Position numbers and translations under genes: made by a program. The notes under the pieces are model-generated. The model was not told the DNA's origin. It did no database searches and saw only the letters and a list, made by a program, of their open reading frames with translations. 64,000 nt of DNA from an uncultured virus (IMG/VR IMGVR_UViG_3300037245_003898) (Duplodnaviria > Heunggongvirae > Uroviricota > Caudoviricetes). The stretch lies in IMG/VR virus record IMGVR_UViG_3300037245_003898; one strand, 5' to 3'. Below are positions 38,587 through 48,374 of the stretch, piece after piece (the first letter of the stretch is position 1; every line of letters begins with the position of its first letter).

Positions 38587-39902
38587 TTTTGAACCAACTT
38601 CTCAAATACTTGCATATATTTGGCTGCGGTATGTCTAATATGTAACCTCCTGTCAAAGTCCGCCGCAGTTTGCTGTTTCAGCACTTTCAAATGCTTGGCA
38701 TTCTTAGCCATGCTTGTCATGCTCTTCAAAAACTCAGTTCGGTCCCCAACCAGATAGCCATTAACTCCGTTGTTCACCAACTCTGCATTACCGCCAAGGG
38801 GTTTACAGATAACAGGAACCCCACAGGCCAGTGATTCCAGGATGGCTATACTGGCTCCTTCATGTCCATAAGTCTCGTAGTAATAGGCATCCAGCGCCTT
38901 CAGGATAGACATCTTCTTCGTTCTGTCAGCTATGCTCCCATGACAATGTAACATTGGCCACTTCTTACTGAGGATCTTCGCCTCAGCATTATGACCGATC
39001 AAATGATGGGTTAAACCTGGAATTTGCTTTTCTGCCTTCTCTGCTAGAAAACGCAATGACTCCGGCTTGAATTTACTAGCGACCAACCTGTGACAACGCC
39101 CAGTCTTGAAATCCCCTGCCAGATCTGCGGCCTTGATGGACGGAAGGTAATCGTTTTCTACCCCATTTAGTATCACAAGTCTGCGGGTATCATGAATGAA
39201 CTTTTGAAAGGGAGCACGAAGATCTAGGAACTTACAAACCGAAATATAGTAATCACAATGCATAAAATCCCGCATTCGGAACAATGTATTCCAAGTGTGA
39301 TTCACTATCAAATATTTCGTACCAGCGGGGATATTTGGTTTCAAACACTGCGATTGGCTTATTCTGTGCTGGAGGATTACGTCAATTTTGTTTTTTTTAC
39401 ACCACTGTTGAACCTCGGTTTTTTTGGCATGAGAAAATCCCACTCCGTAAGACTGGAAGAGCAAGGGTTGCTTTTTGGGAGCTTTCCAATTGACATAAAG
39501 CAACGGATTTTCACAGTAGTCTCCGTAATACTTATTCAAACCGTTTATAAGTTCCATGGCCATAACCTGAGCACCACCCAGCCCGATACTCTCCAAGATA
39601 TGTCCAACTCTGACTGGCTTCTGGAGACCGCATTTATAATTCTCGTATCCAACAAAATCAATTGGCCCAGGTTTTGATGCAGGACAACCTGAGTAATCCA
39701 TGCTTTGCTTTACTTTAGAAACTTTAGCCCTACGACGACGACCCGGTAGAAGTTTCTTCGTTGCTCGCGGCGGATCTCCAGGAGAAGGTCTGGGTTTCTT
39801 TCTTACCCGCTGTTTCGCTACCCGGCGACGAGCAGCGACACTTGTAGAGCGCTCTTTAAGGAGCCTCTCACGATGCTCCCTGAGTTTTCTATTTCTCCTC
39901 AT
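38583..39902 (-). CDS. GT4 glycosyltransferase with Arg/Lys-rich N-terminal extension
   Basis: GGAQVM, ILNGVE, EGASIAILESLACGVPV..GGNAELV..GVNGYL. Confidence 0.85.
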   Translation of the reverse strand: MRRNRKLREHRERLLKERSTSVAARRRVAKQRVRKKPRPSPGDPPRATKKLLPGRRRRAKVSKVKQSMDYSGCPASKPGPIDFVGYENYKCGLQKPVRVGHILESIGLGGAQVMAMELINGLNKYYGDYCENPLLYVNWKAPKKQPLLFQSYGVGFSHAKKTEVQQWCKKNKIDVILQHRISQSQCLKPNIPAGTKYLIVNHTWNTLFRMRDFMHCDYYISVCKFLDLRAPFQKFIHDTRRLVILNGVENDYLPSIKAADLAGDFKTGRCHRLVASKFKPESLRFLAEKAEKQIPGLTHHLIGHNAEAKILSKKWPMLHCHGSIADRTKKMSILKALDAYYYETYGHEGASIAILESLACGVPVICKPLGGNAELVNNGVNGYLVGDRTEFLKSMTSMAKNAKHLKVLKQQTAADFDRRLHIRHTAAKYMQVFEKLVQK

Positions 39903-40110
39903 ATGGGAGTCCTTCGCAGTTGTCACCAGTAGCTATCATATTCATCGCAGTTTGATCAATTCCCTTATGCATGTCGTCAATCTTCTTGACACAGCAGAAC
40001 TCGCTCAGACCCAATGAAAAGAAAATATACCGACAGCAATCCGGCTGACGGTATTTGCAAGTGCTTGCAAGATGTTCGTTCGGTATGATATTTTGTTCAC
40101 TAAGTTCCAT
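39889..40110 (-). CDS. small Cys-rich hypothetical protein
   Basis: CK..CCRY..FCC..GDNCEG; ATG 8 nt after GTATAAT. Confidence 0.55.
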   Translation of the reverse strand: MELSEQNIIPNEHLASTCKYRQPDCCRYIFFSLGLSEFCCVKKIDDMHKGIDQTAMNMIATGDNCEGLPYEEK

Positions 40111-40125
40111 AACGTGCAATTATAC

Positions 40126-40156
40126 AAAAAACGAGAAGGCACTTGGCCTTCTCGTT
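40126..40156 (-). terminator. intrinsic terminator
   Basis: AACGAGAAGGC-N5-GCCTTCTCGTT stem followed by a T run on the minus strand. Confidence 0.8.
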
Positions 40157-40181
40157 CAAGTTTATGGACTGGATTTGATTT

Positions 40182-40592
40182 TTATTCTGTCGAGATGTCA
40201 GTATCAGCAGCGTCCTGGGCCTTCTGGTAACCTTTATATACCAAATCAAGGAACCCTTGCTGGCTCCAGATATACATTTGGCTAAGCCGTATATACGATT
40301 TGGCTTTCTCGAATTCAATCTGCAACCAACTGATCTTATTGCAGTCGTTGAATGCTCCTTCAACCGCAGCAACCGCAGCAGCCTCGTCTTGATCGGCCAC
40401 GGCTTTCTTGGCCTTCTCAACCCCCGTATTGAGGGCATTCTGTTTGGCCTGGGTCGCTAAATCACTTACTATATTGTTTATGTGCCCCATACCACGTTCT
40501 GCGGATACAGCAGCGATCTTTTGGGTAGGTGTGGTACAGCTAACAGTAAGCAAAGCAAATACACAAACAACTGATATCAAAATCTTCTTCAT
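40182..40592 (-). CDS. lipoprotein
   Basis: MKKILISVVCVFALLTVSC signal II/lipobox; helical Ala-rich body. Confidence 0.7.
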   Translation of the reverse strand: MKKILISVVCVFALLTVSCTTPTQKIAAVSAERGMGHINNIVSDLATQAKQNALNTGVEKAKKAVADQDEAAAVAAVEGAFNDCNKISWLQIEFEKAKSYIRLSQMYIWSQQGFLDLVYKGYQKAQDAADTDISTE

Positions 40593-40601
40593 AGTCGTCT
40601 C

Positions 40602-40949
40602 CTATCCTGTGAACATAACGCCAGAAATAAAGCCCTTGATATATTCCAGAGCCTTCTCCTGCACGATAGCTTCGCCCATGCCTTTGTAAATCGCATCTAA
40701 TTCAGCATCCGAAATCCCAATTGTCTTAAGCTCATGAGTTTCACCGGCCTTGAATTCTTGTGGTCCAGCGGGATCTGACGCAATGCGAGGTGGTGCTTCA
40801 TTACTCTGATCATACCAGAGTTTTACAATTTGGGCAAATTTGGCCAGAGCCTCTGGCGTCTGCTCTAACCATGCTGCGAAAATGGGATTAAATTGCATAG
40901 GCATTTTAGTTCTCCTGTCCAACTCATTATACCTTGCAAACGGATTCAA
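40602..40949 (-). CDS. hypothetical protein
   Basis: ORF in operon arrangement. Confidence 0.55.
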   Translation of the reverse strand: MNPFARYNELDRRTKMPMQFNPIFAAWLEQTPEALAKFAQIVKLWYDQSNEAPPRIASDPAGPQEFKAGETHELKTIGISDAELDAIYKGMGEAIVQEKALEYIKGFISGVMFTG

Positions 40950-41869
40950 ACCTGGGTTAAATTAAGCTTCTTGCCGCAGCACTCATTGGCGATCACTCTC
41001 ACACCACGCTGACGCTCGATTAGCACCCGATCGCAAGTCCTGCACACAGTATTCCTATAACCCACTAACTGAGAATGAAAAGCATTAGACACATAAGTGT
41101 ACGGCATCTTCTCCTTGAACAGCCCAATAATGGGATCAAGGGCTTCGGGTTGATAACCAAATTCAAGCATTCTGTGAAATGGATAGAAATACAGCAGATG
41201 GACTGGAATCTCTGCATCCAGATCTGCCAGCCAGTCCCTTATGCGAGTGTGAAAGGCCATATCGGCGACCATACGAGGAGATATCAAATAGCTTATCTCC
41301 AGGTGGGTCCGACCAGCCAGCTTCTCTATTGTGGCTAATACGGGCTTTATATCTCCCTTACAAGTTCTTTTGTATTCAACCTCATCACCCTTGATATCAA
41401 CATTCCAGGCCGAAACCACAGTCAGAAGATCGGCTACAACATGATCGTTGACAAACCCATTGGTTTTGAGAATCACATCAGCCCCGGCATTACCCACTTT
41501 CATTAGATATTCGTAATAAATCGTGGGTTCATTGAAGGTGAATGCAACACCTGCTGTATCTTTCTTATCAGCTAGCTCAACGAGATCCATAGGTTCTTTC
41601 TGGAGTCCCCGCCCATTGATAGTCTGACTGACTTTGAAATTCTGGCAGAAATCGCAACTAAAAGAACATCCGTAAAAACCGACTGCCAAGTATTTAGAGC
41701 CAGGCTTATAATGAAAGAAAGGGCGCTTCTCGATAGGTTCCACGGACAACAGCGAGCAGCGCCCTTCAAAAGGATTTATCAAAGACCCGTGATCATTGCA
41801 TCTAATTAAACATCTGCCATATTCACCATCTTCCAACTCACAGTTATGCGGACAAACTCTGCAAGTCAC
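40946..41869 (-). CDS. AmmeMemoRadiSam system radical SAM enzyme
   Basis: CRVCPHNC...GRC..R; EPIEKRPFFHYKPG; GCSFSCDFCQN; AFTFNEP; GTGA overlap start. Confidence 0.85.
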   Translation of the reverse strand: MTCRVCPHNCELEDGEYGRCLIRCNDHGSLINPFEGRCSLLSVEPIEKRPFFHYKPGSKYLAVGFYGCSFSCDFCQNFKVSQTINGRGLQKEPMDLVELADKKDTAGVAFTFNEPTIYYEYLMKVGNAGADVILKTNGFVNDHVVADLLTVVSAWNVDIKGDEVEYKRTCKGDIKPVLATIEKLAGRTHLEISYLISPRMVADMAFHTRIRDWLADLDAEIPVHLLYFYPFHRMLEFGYQPEALDPIIGLFKEKMPYTYVSNAFHSQLVGYRNTVCRTCDRVLIERQRGVRVIANECCGKKLNLTQV

Positions 41870-42567
41870 GCAGGCAGCAGATTGCTCACGTTCAGCGATG
41901 GACGTTCCTTCGGTTCGTAATCCGCCCGGCATGGGCTTCTTCCTACCCTGACACCATGAACAGGGGTGAAATAACGTCTCATCACGGTATCGACCGTGGA
42001 AAAAACGATATCCTGATCCTCAGTGTAATCCAACGATTTGACAATAGCAACGCCATCAAACTTCTTGCGGTCCAGAACTTCCCAGACTTTCTTTACTGGG
42101 CTAACATGACACCTCTGACTCAAATCTTTCACTGGACGGGAATAAGTCCCTCTCAATTCCCGCTTCAATGCTCTTGTATGAGAGTCCAACTTTGCATCGT
42201 TAAGAACCCAGTGATAACTGTTAATCATCCCGTGATGAGCCATAAAAGCGAAGAAGTTAGCACAACTCACGAGATGAGTGTCGAAATCGTCGATATCTCT
42301 CAAGAAATAGAAATCATGGTGCTGGTCTACATTGTACACATTTACCCGTTTGGTCTTCAACGACTTCATCAACTCAGCACACCACGGATAAAAGTAATGG
42401 TGTTCTGTCATGAAGGCCACGGTTTGAGGGAGCGTGCAACGCAAACGTAAATGAGCAAAGAAGTCCATAACCATCTGCTTCTTCGCTGCTGTACCGTGCT
42501 CGTCCAGATCTATCCAGTTGAACCAATCAAGATCTAAACTGAGGATATTCGGAATTCGCCTAGGCAT
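41866..42567 (-). CDS. UPF0489/arginase-fold-like putative metallohydrolase
   Basis: LSLDLDWF, EHHY, NVDQHHD. Confidence 0.55.
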   Translation of the reverse strand: MPRRIPNILSLDLDWFNWIDLDEHGTAAKKQMVMDFFAHLRLRCTLPQTVAFMTEHHYFYPWCAELMKSLKTKRVNVYNVDQHHDFYFLRDIDDFDTHLVSCANFFAFMAHHGMINSYHWVLNDAKLDSHTRALKRELRGTYSRPVKDLSQRCHVSPVKKVWEVLDRKKFDGVAIVKSLDYTEDQDIVFSTVDTVMRRYFTPVHGVRVGRSPCRADYEPKERPSLNVSNLLPA

Positions 42568-42570
42568 GAC

Positions 42571-42858
42571 TCACCTATTTTTAGCTTGCAAGCTATTCAT
42601 AGAGGAGAGGATACTGCCCTGATTATAAACAATGTCGAGAGCTTCGTGTCTCTCAAAGCCGTTTTTCTGAAGAGCATCTAGCAACTTACCTGCTCGGGTG
42701 GCTTCAGCCCAGGCCATCCGATTGGTTAATTCTTCCTTTTCAAATATTGTGAGCACTACATCGAAAATGCTTTCCATCATCGGGCCAAGCTGCCCTATAA
42801 CAGCCTGCATTGCCTCGCCCATTTCTTCCAGTTCTTCTGTTGAATGTTTCTCGTACAC
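42571..42858 (-). CDS. hypothetical protein
   Basis: AAGGAG SD + GTG; LQKNGFERHEALDI. Confidence 0.55.
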   Translation of the reverse strand: MYEKHSTEELEEMGEAMQAVIGQLGPMMESIFDVVLTIFEKEELTNRMAWAEATRAGKLLDALQKNGFERHEALDIVYNQGSILSSMNSLQAKNR

Positions 42859-42918
42859 AACACGCTCCTTAAAGGGTTATCCTTTAAGAGCATTCAAATA
42901 GATGCGAGAAAAGTCAAT

Positions 42919-44319
42919 CTATTTATCAGGTCTAATAATATTCGGGTATTTGCGACGGTTAATGCGAGGGAATCTCAAAGAGCCATCTTCCGTCTCGCAG
43001 TCGAATGTAACTTCCACTGTCTTGCCATTCAGAACAATGACTTCACCAGTTTCTGTTGTATATTGAATGTCGTCCCCGACTTGCACAATATTGTTATGCA
43101 TTTGATGATCCAGGCCGCCCGCGACATTAACTTTAACTACGCTACCGTCACTGGTGGTTCTCTCCACTACCAGCGAGCCACATTTCCCGGCCCACTGTTT
43201 ACGGGAATCCCCAAGCTCCATGCCTACAATCTTGAGGTCTTCGGTCTTCGAGGGCTTCATCTTCATCCAGAAGTCAGTTCGCTTGAACTCATACAGCCCA
43301 TCAGGCTGCTTGATAATCACACCTTCAAGACCCTGGCTAACCCAATATTCATAGATAGCCGTCAGATCTTGCATATCCTTGGCTATACGAGTTTCAACTT
43401 GCTGAACTTTCTGGCTATCAAAGCCTTTGAAGAGTTTGGTAAGCTCAGTCAAGCGTTGCTCTTGAGTAAGATCCCAACTCTGCTTTTCAAACGCTTCCTG
43501 GGTCATCCAGTCAAAGATCATCAGCCGAAGCTGAGACGGGTCAAAGCTGGCATCGTAATGCGTTGGTACGCGCTGGAGTCGCTGAAATCCCTTCTTTGAG
43601 ATAGCCTCACAGTCAGCGACTATAGTTCCTTGACCACGAAACAATTTGATTAGATCTTCGTCAAATACCCCGAAGTTATAGAATTGATTTCCATTCCGCG
43701 AAAAATGTGTCACTGAGCCTTCGTCTTCCGTTACTACAAACGACATGCAACGAGAGCCATCAAACTTCGGGTCCACATAGCAAGGGAATACCAGTTTCTT
43801 CTCGTTGAACGGCTGAGCCAACTGAACATCAAAGGTTGGAATCCAGGCAGGGTAAATCTTATTGAATGTTTTTGTTCCCACCCCACAACGCAAGTCTTTG
43901 CGGATGATGCGCTGGAAGCATTCGATGGTTCCTGAACCACATTGTTCTGCCCATTTCAAAACAGCCGTCCGAGACATTGTACTATTGGGAGGCAAGTCCC
44001 GTTTGGCAAGCTTATCCAACAGCTCAAACATTGTCGTGAATTGTTCATTCCAAGGTAACTTGCTCGGGGCTTCATCAAAAATATCCCGAACCCCACCTCG
44101 TTTCAAGGACGCTTTCTTGCGGGCTCCCCGTTTAAGATCGATCAGACCTGGAACCGTGATAAGGAAGAACTGCATGAAGGGGTCCAGGGCATAGCGGACC
44201 ATCTTGACAAACTCAGGCACGTCCAGATTGTCTTTGATGATTTGCTTCTTGGCAGTCATGCTGCCAGTGCCTTTAAGATCCTGTATGGATGCGAGAATTT
44301 TCGCGGGATGAATTTTCAT
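42919..44319 (-). CDS. ATP-dependent DNA ligase (T4-like)
   Basis: N-terminal DNA-binding domain with KDLRCGVG; PKFDGSR (KxDG), EGVIIK, YEFKR..WMKMK, SLRFP. Confidence 0.92.
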   Translation of the reverse strand: MKIHPAKILASIQDLKGTGSMTAKKQIIKDNLDVPEFVKMVRYALDPFMQFFLITVPGLIDLKRGARKKASLKRGGVRDIFDEAPSKLPWNEQFTTMFELLDKLAKRDLPPNSTMSRTAVLKWAEQCGSGTIECFQRIIRKDLRCGVGTKTFNKIYPAWIPTFDVQLAQPFNEKKLVFPCYVDPKFDGSRCMSFVVTEDEGSVTHFSRNGNQFYNFGVFDEDLIKLFRGQGTIVADCEAISKKGFQRLQRVPTHYDASFDPSQLRLMIFDWMTQEAFEKQSWDLTQEQRLTELTKLFKGFDSQKVQQVETRIAKDMQDLTAIYEYWVSQGLEGVIIKQPDGLYEFKRTDFWMKMKPSKTEDLKIVGMELGDSRKQWAGKCGSLVVERTTSDGSVVKVNVAGGLDHQMHNNIVQVGDDIQYTTETGEVIVLNGKTVEVTFDCETEDGSLRFPRINRRKYPNIIRPDK

Positions 44320-44355
44320 TGAAGTTTCCTTGCAGTGTTAATATAAGCCCCAAAG

Positions 44356-44757
44356 TCATGGCTTATTTGCCTCGTCCATACTTCGAACACAGTCGTCAAA
44401 CTCGGCAGGTTCCCCTCTCCAGATTTCATCGTCGCCGTCTAAGATCCGAATAGTGGTTTTGTAGTAGGGATATCCTGACAAGAGACGAACGGGCAGGGCT
44501 TCTACTCGCAAACCTTCCAGGATTTTGGCATGTTCAGGATTGAGAATGAAAGTTCTGCGAGCTTCGGATCGTGCGGATGGGGAGATGCGATGGTAATTGG
44601 ACACAAGTATCATCCAAGCCGCAATAGCGTAGAACGCATAAAGTCCTCCTGACGAGAAAGAAATGGCAGGATGACCACGACCAAAGAAGTATCCAATGGC
44701 TCCTACAGTTATGATAGAACCAATCGCCCAAACATCTGTCATATCGGGTTGTCGCAT
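44356..44757 (-). CDS. hypothetical membrane protein
   Basis: Two N-terminal hydrophobic segments. Confidence 0.55.
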   Translation of the reverse strand: MRQPDMTDVWAIGSIITVGAIGYFFGRGHPAISFSSGGLYAFYAIAAWMILVSNYHRISPSARSEARRTFILNPEHAKILEGLRVEALPVRLLSGYPYYKTTIRILDGDDEIWRGEPAEFDDCVRSMDEANKP

Positions 44758-44802
44758 ATCAATTTAATTCCTCACCGTTAAGTCATTTGCTGAATGTTCG
44801 GG

Positions 44803-46683
44803 CTATATTACCATCTTGAGAAAATCTTGTTCAGAAATTATCTGGATTCCCAATTCCCTGGCTTTCTTCAACTTGGCCGACCTATCATAGTTAGCAACAA
44901 CCAGGCAGTCCAGTTCTCTGCTGACGCTGCGGACGCCACCGCCCGCCGCCTTCACCATCTGCTCCAAATTCTTGCGGGGACAACTCATCGTTCCCGTGAA
45001 ACAGAAGTTCTTGCCTTTCAGTTTGTCGCTGGTAGGCTTATCATCCGTCGTAATCGTCAGATGCTCGGCAACCGCTTCAATCAACTCCCAGTTCTCCTGG
45101 ACAGCCGCAGCAATCCGAGTTCCCTTCGTATGCTGATACCCGGGGAAAGCTTTGATTTTCTTGGGCGTCAACGCCTTCCACTTGGCCAGCGTATCAACCC
45201 CATGGCCGACCAGATTAGATGCCTCAGAGCGACCCATCATGTCGAGCGAGAGCGAACCAACCAAAGCAGCCAGCGAGCAAATTCTGGACTTTTCGATCTG
45301 AGCCAGGATTTTTGTAGCCGAACCTTTGCCAATACCAGCCAAACCCATCGCTCCTACGGTGAGCATATATAGGTCAGGAACAGACTTGATAAAACCAGCA
45401 GCAATCAGGGCGTCCATAGACGAGTCGCCCAGATGCAGGATATTGCGTTTCTTAACCCACTTCTTGATGCGCTTGCTAATCACTCCCGGACAATCTTCCG
45501 CTTTCGAACAGATAAGACGAGCCCGATCCACTCGAAGTCCTGCTCCACAGGCAGGACAATTATCGATTTTGATGGGCCTGCGATTGCGCCCTTTGGCCAC
45601 ACGCCGCACAATGTAAGGAATGACATCTCCCGCCCGAATCACTTCGATTGTGTCGCCAATGCAGACTTGAAGACCAGCAATTATGCCCCTGTTGTGGAGC
45701 GAGACATTACGAATCGTCGTACCCCCGACAGCAACTGGAGCCACCTTAGCAACGGGAGTTATCCAGCCCCGAGTGCCAACAGTCCATTCAACATCGTTCA
45801 GAATGGTGAAGCCGCCCATTGCAGGGAATTTCCAGGCCCGTGCCCAATAGGGACGACCGTTATGCTCTCCCAGGGCTTCTTGCTGGTGGATATCGTTGAC
45901 CTTGACAACCGCTCCATCAATCTCGTAAGGCAGCCTATCCCGCTTAGAAATGATACGCTGGATAGTCGCCTCTACATCTTTCAAATCCACCAACTCATTC
46001 GGTGTAGTCACAAACTTATGATCATTCAGCCAGTCAACCCGCTCCTGCTCAGTCGTAAAGCCGTTATCTTCGAACAACACGTCAAAGGCCACGAGACTGA
46101 TATACTTGGAACCCTCGGCGTCAGTCCGTCGCACCAGACCAGAAGCAGCATTACGGGGATTTGCTTTATCGCTGAAATGGGTTTTCCAGTCCGCGATGTA
46201 AAGCATCGCCTCACAGCGAACAGAAACTTGGCTCTTTACAGGGATTGTACGGGGGAAACCCTGAGCGTTCTTAATAGTGTGGGTAACGTCCTCGCCCTCG
46301 TCGCCGTCACCACGGGTGATAGCCTGGACGAATTTGCCACTCTTGAAGACAAGCTCAATGCTTAAGCCATCCAGCTTGTATTGGACCGCAATCTTTGAGC
46401 CATTAACCGACTTCCCCCATGTGTTGAACTCATCCAGTTGACTTGGGCCGGGTGAGATTTTCTTGAGCGACCCCATTTGGATCGTATGTGGGACTTTCTG
46501 GAGAGCCGAATCAGCAGGAGCCCCAACTTGAGCCAGAAAGGGATTATGCGGATCAAGTTCTTCCAACTCATCCCGTCGCTCGTCGAATTCAGCATCCGAC
46601 ATGGTAGCATCTTCGCCGCCATAATAAGCATCAGATGCTTTCTGGAGAAGTTCGACTAACTCGCTGATTCGGTCTTTGCTCAT
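44803..46683 (-). CDS. ligA: NAD-dependent DNA ligase
   Basis: AYY..SDAEFD, KLDGLS, TRGDG..GEDVT, ANPRNAASG, DGAVVK, RAGDVIP, Zn finger, BRCT (FCFTG). Confidence 0.95.
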   Translation of the reverse strand: MSKDRISELVELLQKASDAYYGGEDATMSDAEFDERRDELEELDPHNPFLAQVGAPADSALQKVPHTIQMGSLKKISPGPSQLDEFNTWGKSVNGSKIAVQYKLDGLSIELVFKSGKFVQAITRGDGDEGEDVTHTIKNAQGFPRTIPVKSQVSVRCEAMLYIADWKTHFSDKANPRNAASGLVRRTDAEGSKYISLVAFDVLFEDNGFTTEQERVDWLNDHKFVTTPNELVDLKDVEATIQRIISKRDRLPYEIDGAVVKVNDIHQQEALGEHNGRPYWARAWKFPAMGGFTILNDVEWTVGTRGWITPVAKVAPVAVGGTTIRNVSLHNRGIIAGLQVCIGDTIEVIRAGDVIPYIVRRVAKGRNRRPIKIDNCPACGAGLRVDRARLICSKAEDCPGVISKRIKKWVKKRNILHLGDSSMDALIAAGFIKSVPDLYMLTVGAMGLAGIGKGSATKILAQIEKSRICSLAALVGSLSLDMMGRSEASNLVGHGVDTLAKWKALTPKKIKAFPGYQHTKGTRIAAAVQENWELIEAVAEHLTITTDDKPTSDKLKGKNFCFTGTMSCPRKNLEQMVKAAGGGVRSVSRELDCLVVANYDRSAKLKKARELGIQIISEQDFLKMVI

Positions 46684-47294
46684 CTCTTTTGGGCTCCACC
46701 TTCACAGAAATCTGCCAACGTCGCATGATCTTCCCAGAAATCAATTGACTCCTGATAAGCCTTGCGATCAAACGATACACCCGAACCACCTCCCGTCAGG
46801 CCCAGGGCATTCCTCATCACGGTGATTGGTTGCATCGGCTCTTCTTTTGCCTGAGACTGACCCAGGATGGCGACCACGCCATATTGGCAATCGTCCGGTA
46901 TCTGTACATGCTCTTTCGCCAACTGTTCTTTGTCGTAAAGCACGACACAAAGATACTCGGCTCGTGGCGGATCAACGCCCTCAAACCACCTGTTTAGAAC
47001 TGGGACTTCCTGTATCCTCCGAGATCTGTAACCCGTTCTTAGAAACTGCTCATTCTCAGCCGTTATCCGAAGAGTCCCCACTTTAGCGTTCGTCCAGTTT
47101 TTGAGAAAGACGAGTTTGCAGAAATCAGCATAACCGGGCACCCACTTGAGATCAGTATCTTGGCAGGGGTAGAATCGGACCCGCTCATTCAGTTCGGATT
47201 CGAATTGCTCAGCAGAACGATCCTTAATGGTGGTGCCGGGCAGGGTGGCATCGAAATGCCGCTGTCCCGCAAATTCAGTCAGATGGACCTTCAT
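46680..47294 (-). CDS. DUF3228-family protein
   Basis: GYADFCK..F..NW, GY.SRR..E.PVL.RWF, PMQPITVMRNALG..GGSGV. Confidence 0.75.
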   Translation of the reverse strand: MKVHLTEFAGQRHFDATLPGTTIKDRSAEQFESELNERVRFYPCQDTDLKWVPGYADFCKLVFLKNWTNAKVGTLRITAENEQFLRTGYRSRRIQEVPVLNRWFEGVDPPRAEYLCVVLYDKEQLAKEHVQIPDDCQYGVVAILGQSQAKEEPMQPITVMRNALGLTGGGSGVSFDRKAYQESIDFWEDHATLADFCEGGAQKR

Positions 47295-48370
47295 GCTTTC
47301 TCATCCTCGTCGGGCAATGCTTGAGAGCACATGCGACCGTAGTAGTCGTCGTCGTCGTCCTCGGCATCTCTTGGGTCAGGAATAGGCTCGCCCGACGCAT
47401 CGACGAAGCTGATCAGCGGGCATACGCCCCGCTTGGCGGCTTTGATGTAGGCCCACAGGATGCCCAGCGGCCCCAGCACCTTCGCTCCAACGCCTGAGAG
47501 ATCGACTTCAAACGACCACAGAGACGCCCACCATTTCCAGAAGCCAGTAGGTTCGACCGATTCTTGCTTCTCCTGCTCGGCCCGCCGGACCACTGCCAAT
47601 TCTAACTGGGCCTGTTCTCTGGCAGTTTTGAAACCGTTGACCGTATCAAGAGCCCAATCCACCCATCCCTTCATTAGGTTACTGGACAGGAAGGTGTAGA
47701 CACCGAAACCCAGCCCTGCCAAGACAACCGCACCACCGGCCAGTCCTGCCACCCAGAGCCCAGTGGTTGTCCACAGACCGCCGTTAGTAAAGAACCAAGA
47801 AATACCATACCACGTATGATCCATAAACCAGCCAACGCCAGCACAAGCATAAAACATGGCCCAGCCGATATATAGGGCTGCCGTCCATAACGCTCCGGGG
47901 ATTTCAGGAATAATAAAGAAGCCTTTCCAACCCGCCCAGAAGACGATCCAGCCGAATACGCACAAAATCGCCGCAGAGACTAGTGATACGAATGCCACGG
48001 TTAAAGCCGTCACCGCAAAGTTATTCTCCCAACGGCTGCTGCTCTTATCCAGAACGACAGCCGGGCGCTCGAACCAGAGCTTCATACGATTGGGCATCTT
48101 CTTGTACAGGAATCGAAACAAGCGGACTTCAAGCCAGCCCGCGAAAATGAAGATACCGAAACCTGCAAGGGCAACTGACCCCCAGAACATTGTCTGACAA
48201 TACGGGCAGAGACTGGTTTGCGGTCGCGGCGGGGATAAGCCCCATTGTCTGCGGATGAACTTGAAGTATTGGAAATGCCAAGTATCGGCATTGATAACCA
48301 GCTTCGGTTCAGTTTTCAGAGATTTAACCGAAGGCTCTTCCATCAGGGCGTCGGTAGCGAGGTCGGACAT
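47291..48370 (-). CDS. multi-pass membrane protein
   Basis: SLCPYC followed by several Trp/Gly-rich TM segments; GVCP; start refined to MSDLAT. Confidence 0.65.
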   Translation of the reverse strand: MSDLATDALMEEPSVKSLKTEPKLVINADTWHFQYFKFIRRQWGLSPPRPQTSLCPYCQTMFWGSVALAGFGIFIFAGWLEVRLFRFLYKKMPNRMKLWFERPAVVLDKSSSRWENNFAVTALTVAFVSLVSAAILCVFGWIVFWAGWKGFFIIPEIPGALWTAALYIGWAMFYACAGVGWFMDHTWYGISWFFTNGGLWTTTGLWVAGLAGGAVVLAGLGFGVYTFLSSNLMKGWVDWALDTVNGFKTAREQAQLELAVVRRAEQEKQESVEPTGFWKWWASLWSFEVDLSGVGAKVLGPLGILWAYIKAAKRGVCPLISFVDASGEPIPDPRDAEDDDDDYYGRMCSQALPDEDEKA

Positions 48371-48374
48371 GACT

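Noticed and set aside
40182..40949. Spanin/lysis cassette
   Set aside because: A lipoprotein is present, but the neighbour lacks an N-terminal TM anchor and no endolysin or holin is recognisable.
42844..46365. Long plus-strand ORFs (42844..43599, 44794..45372, 45433..46365) and other antisense ORFs
   Set aside because: They are shadows of the well-supported ligase genes and have no motifs.
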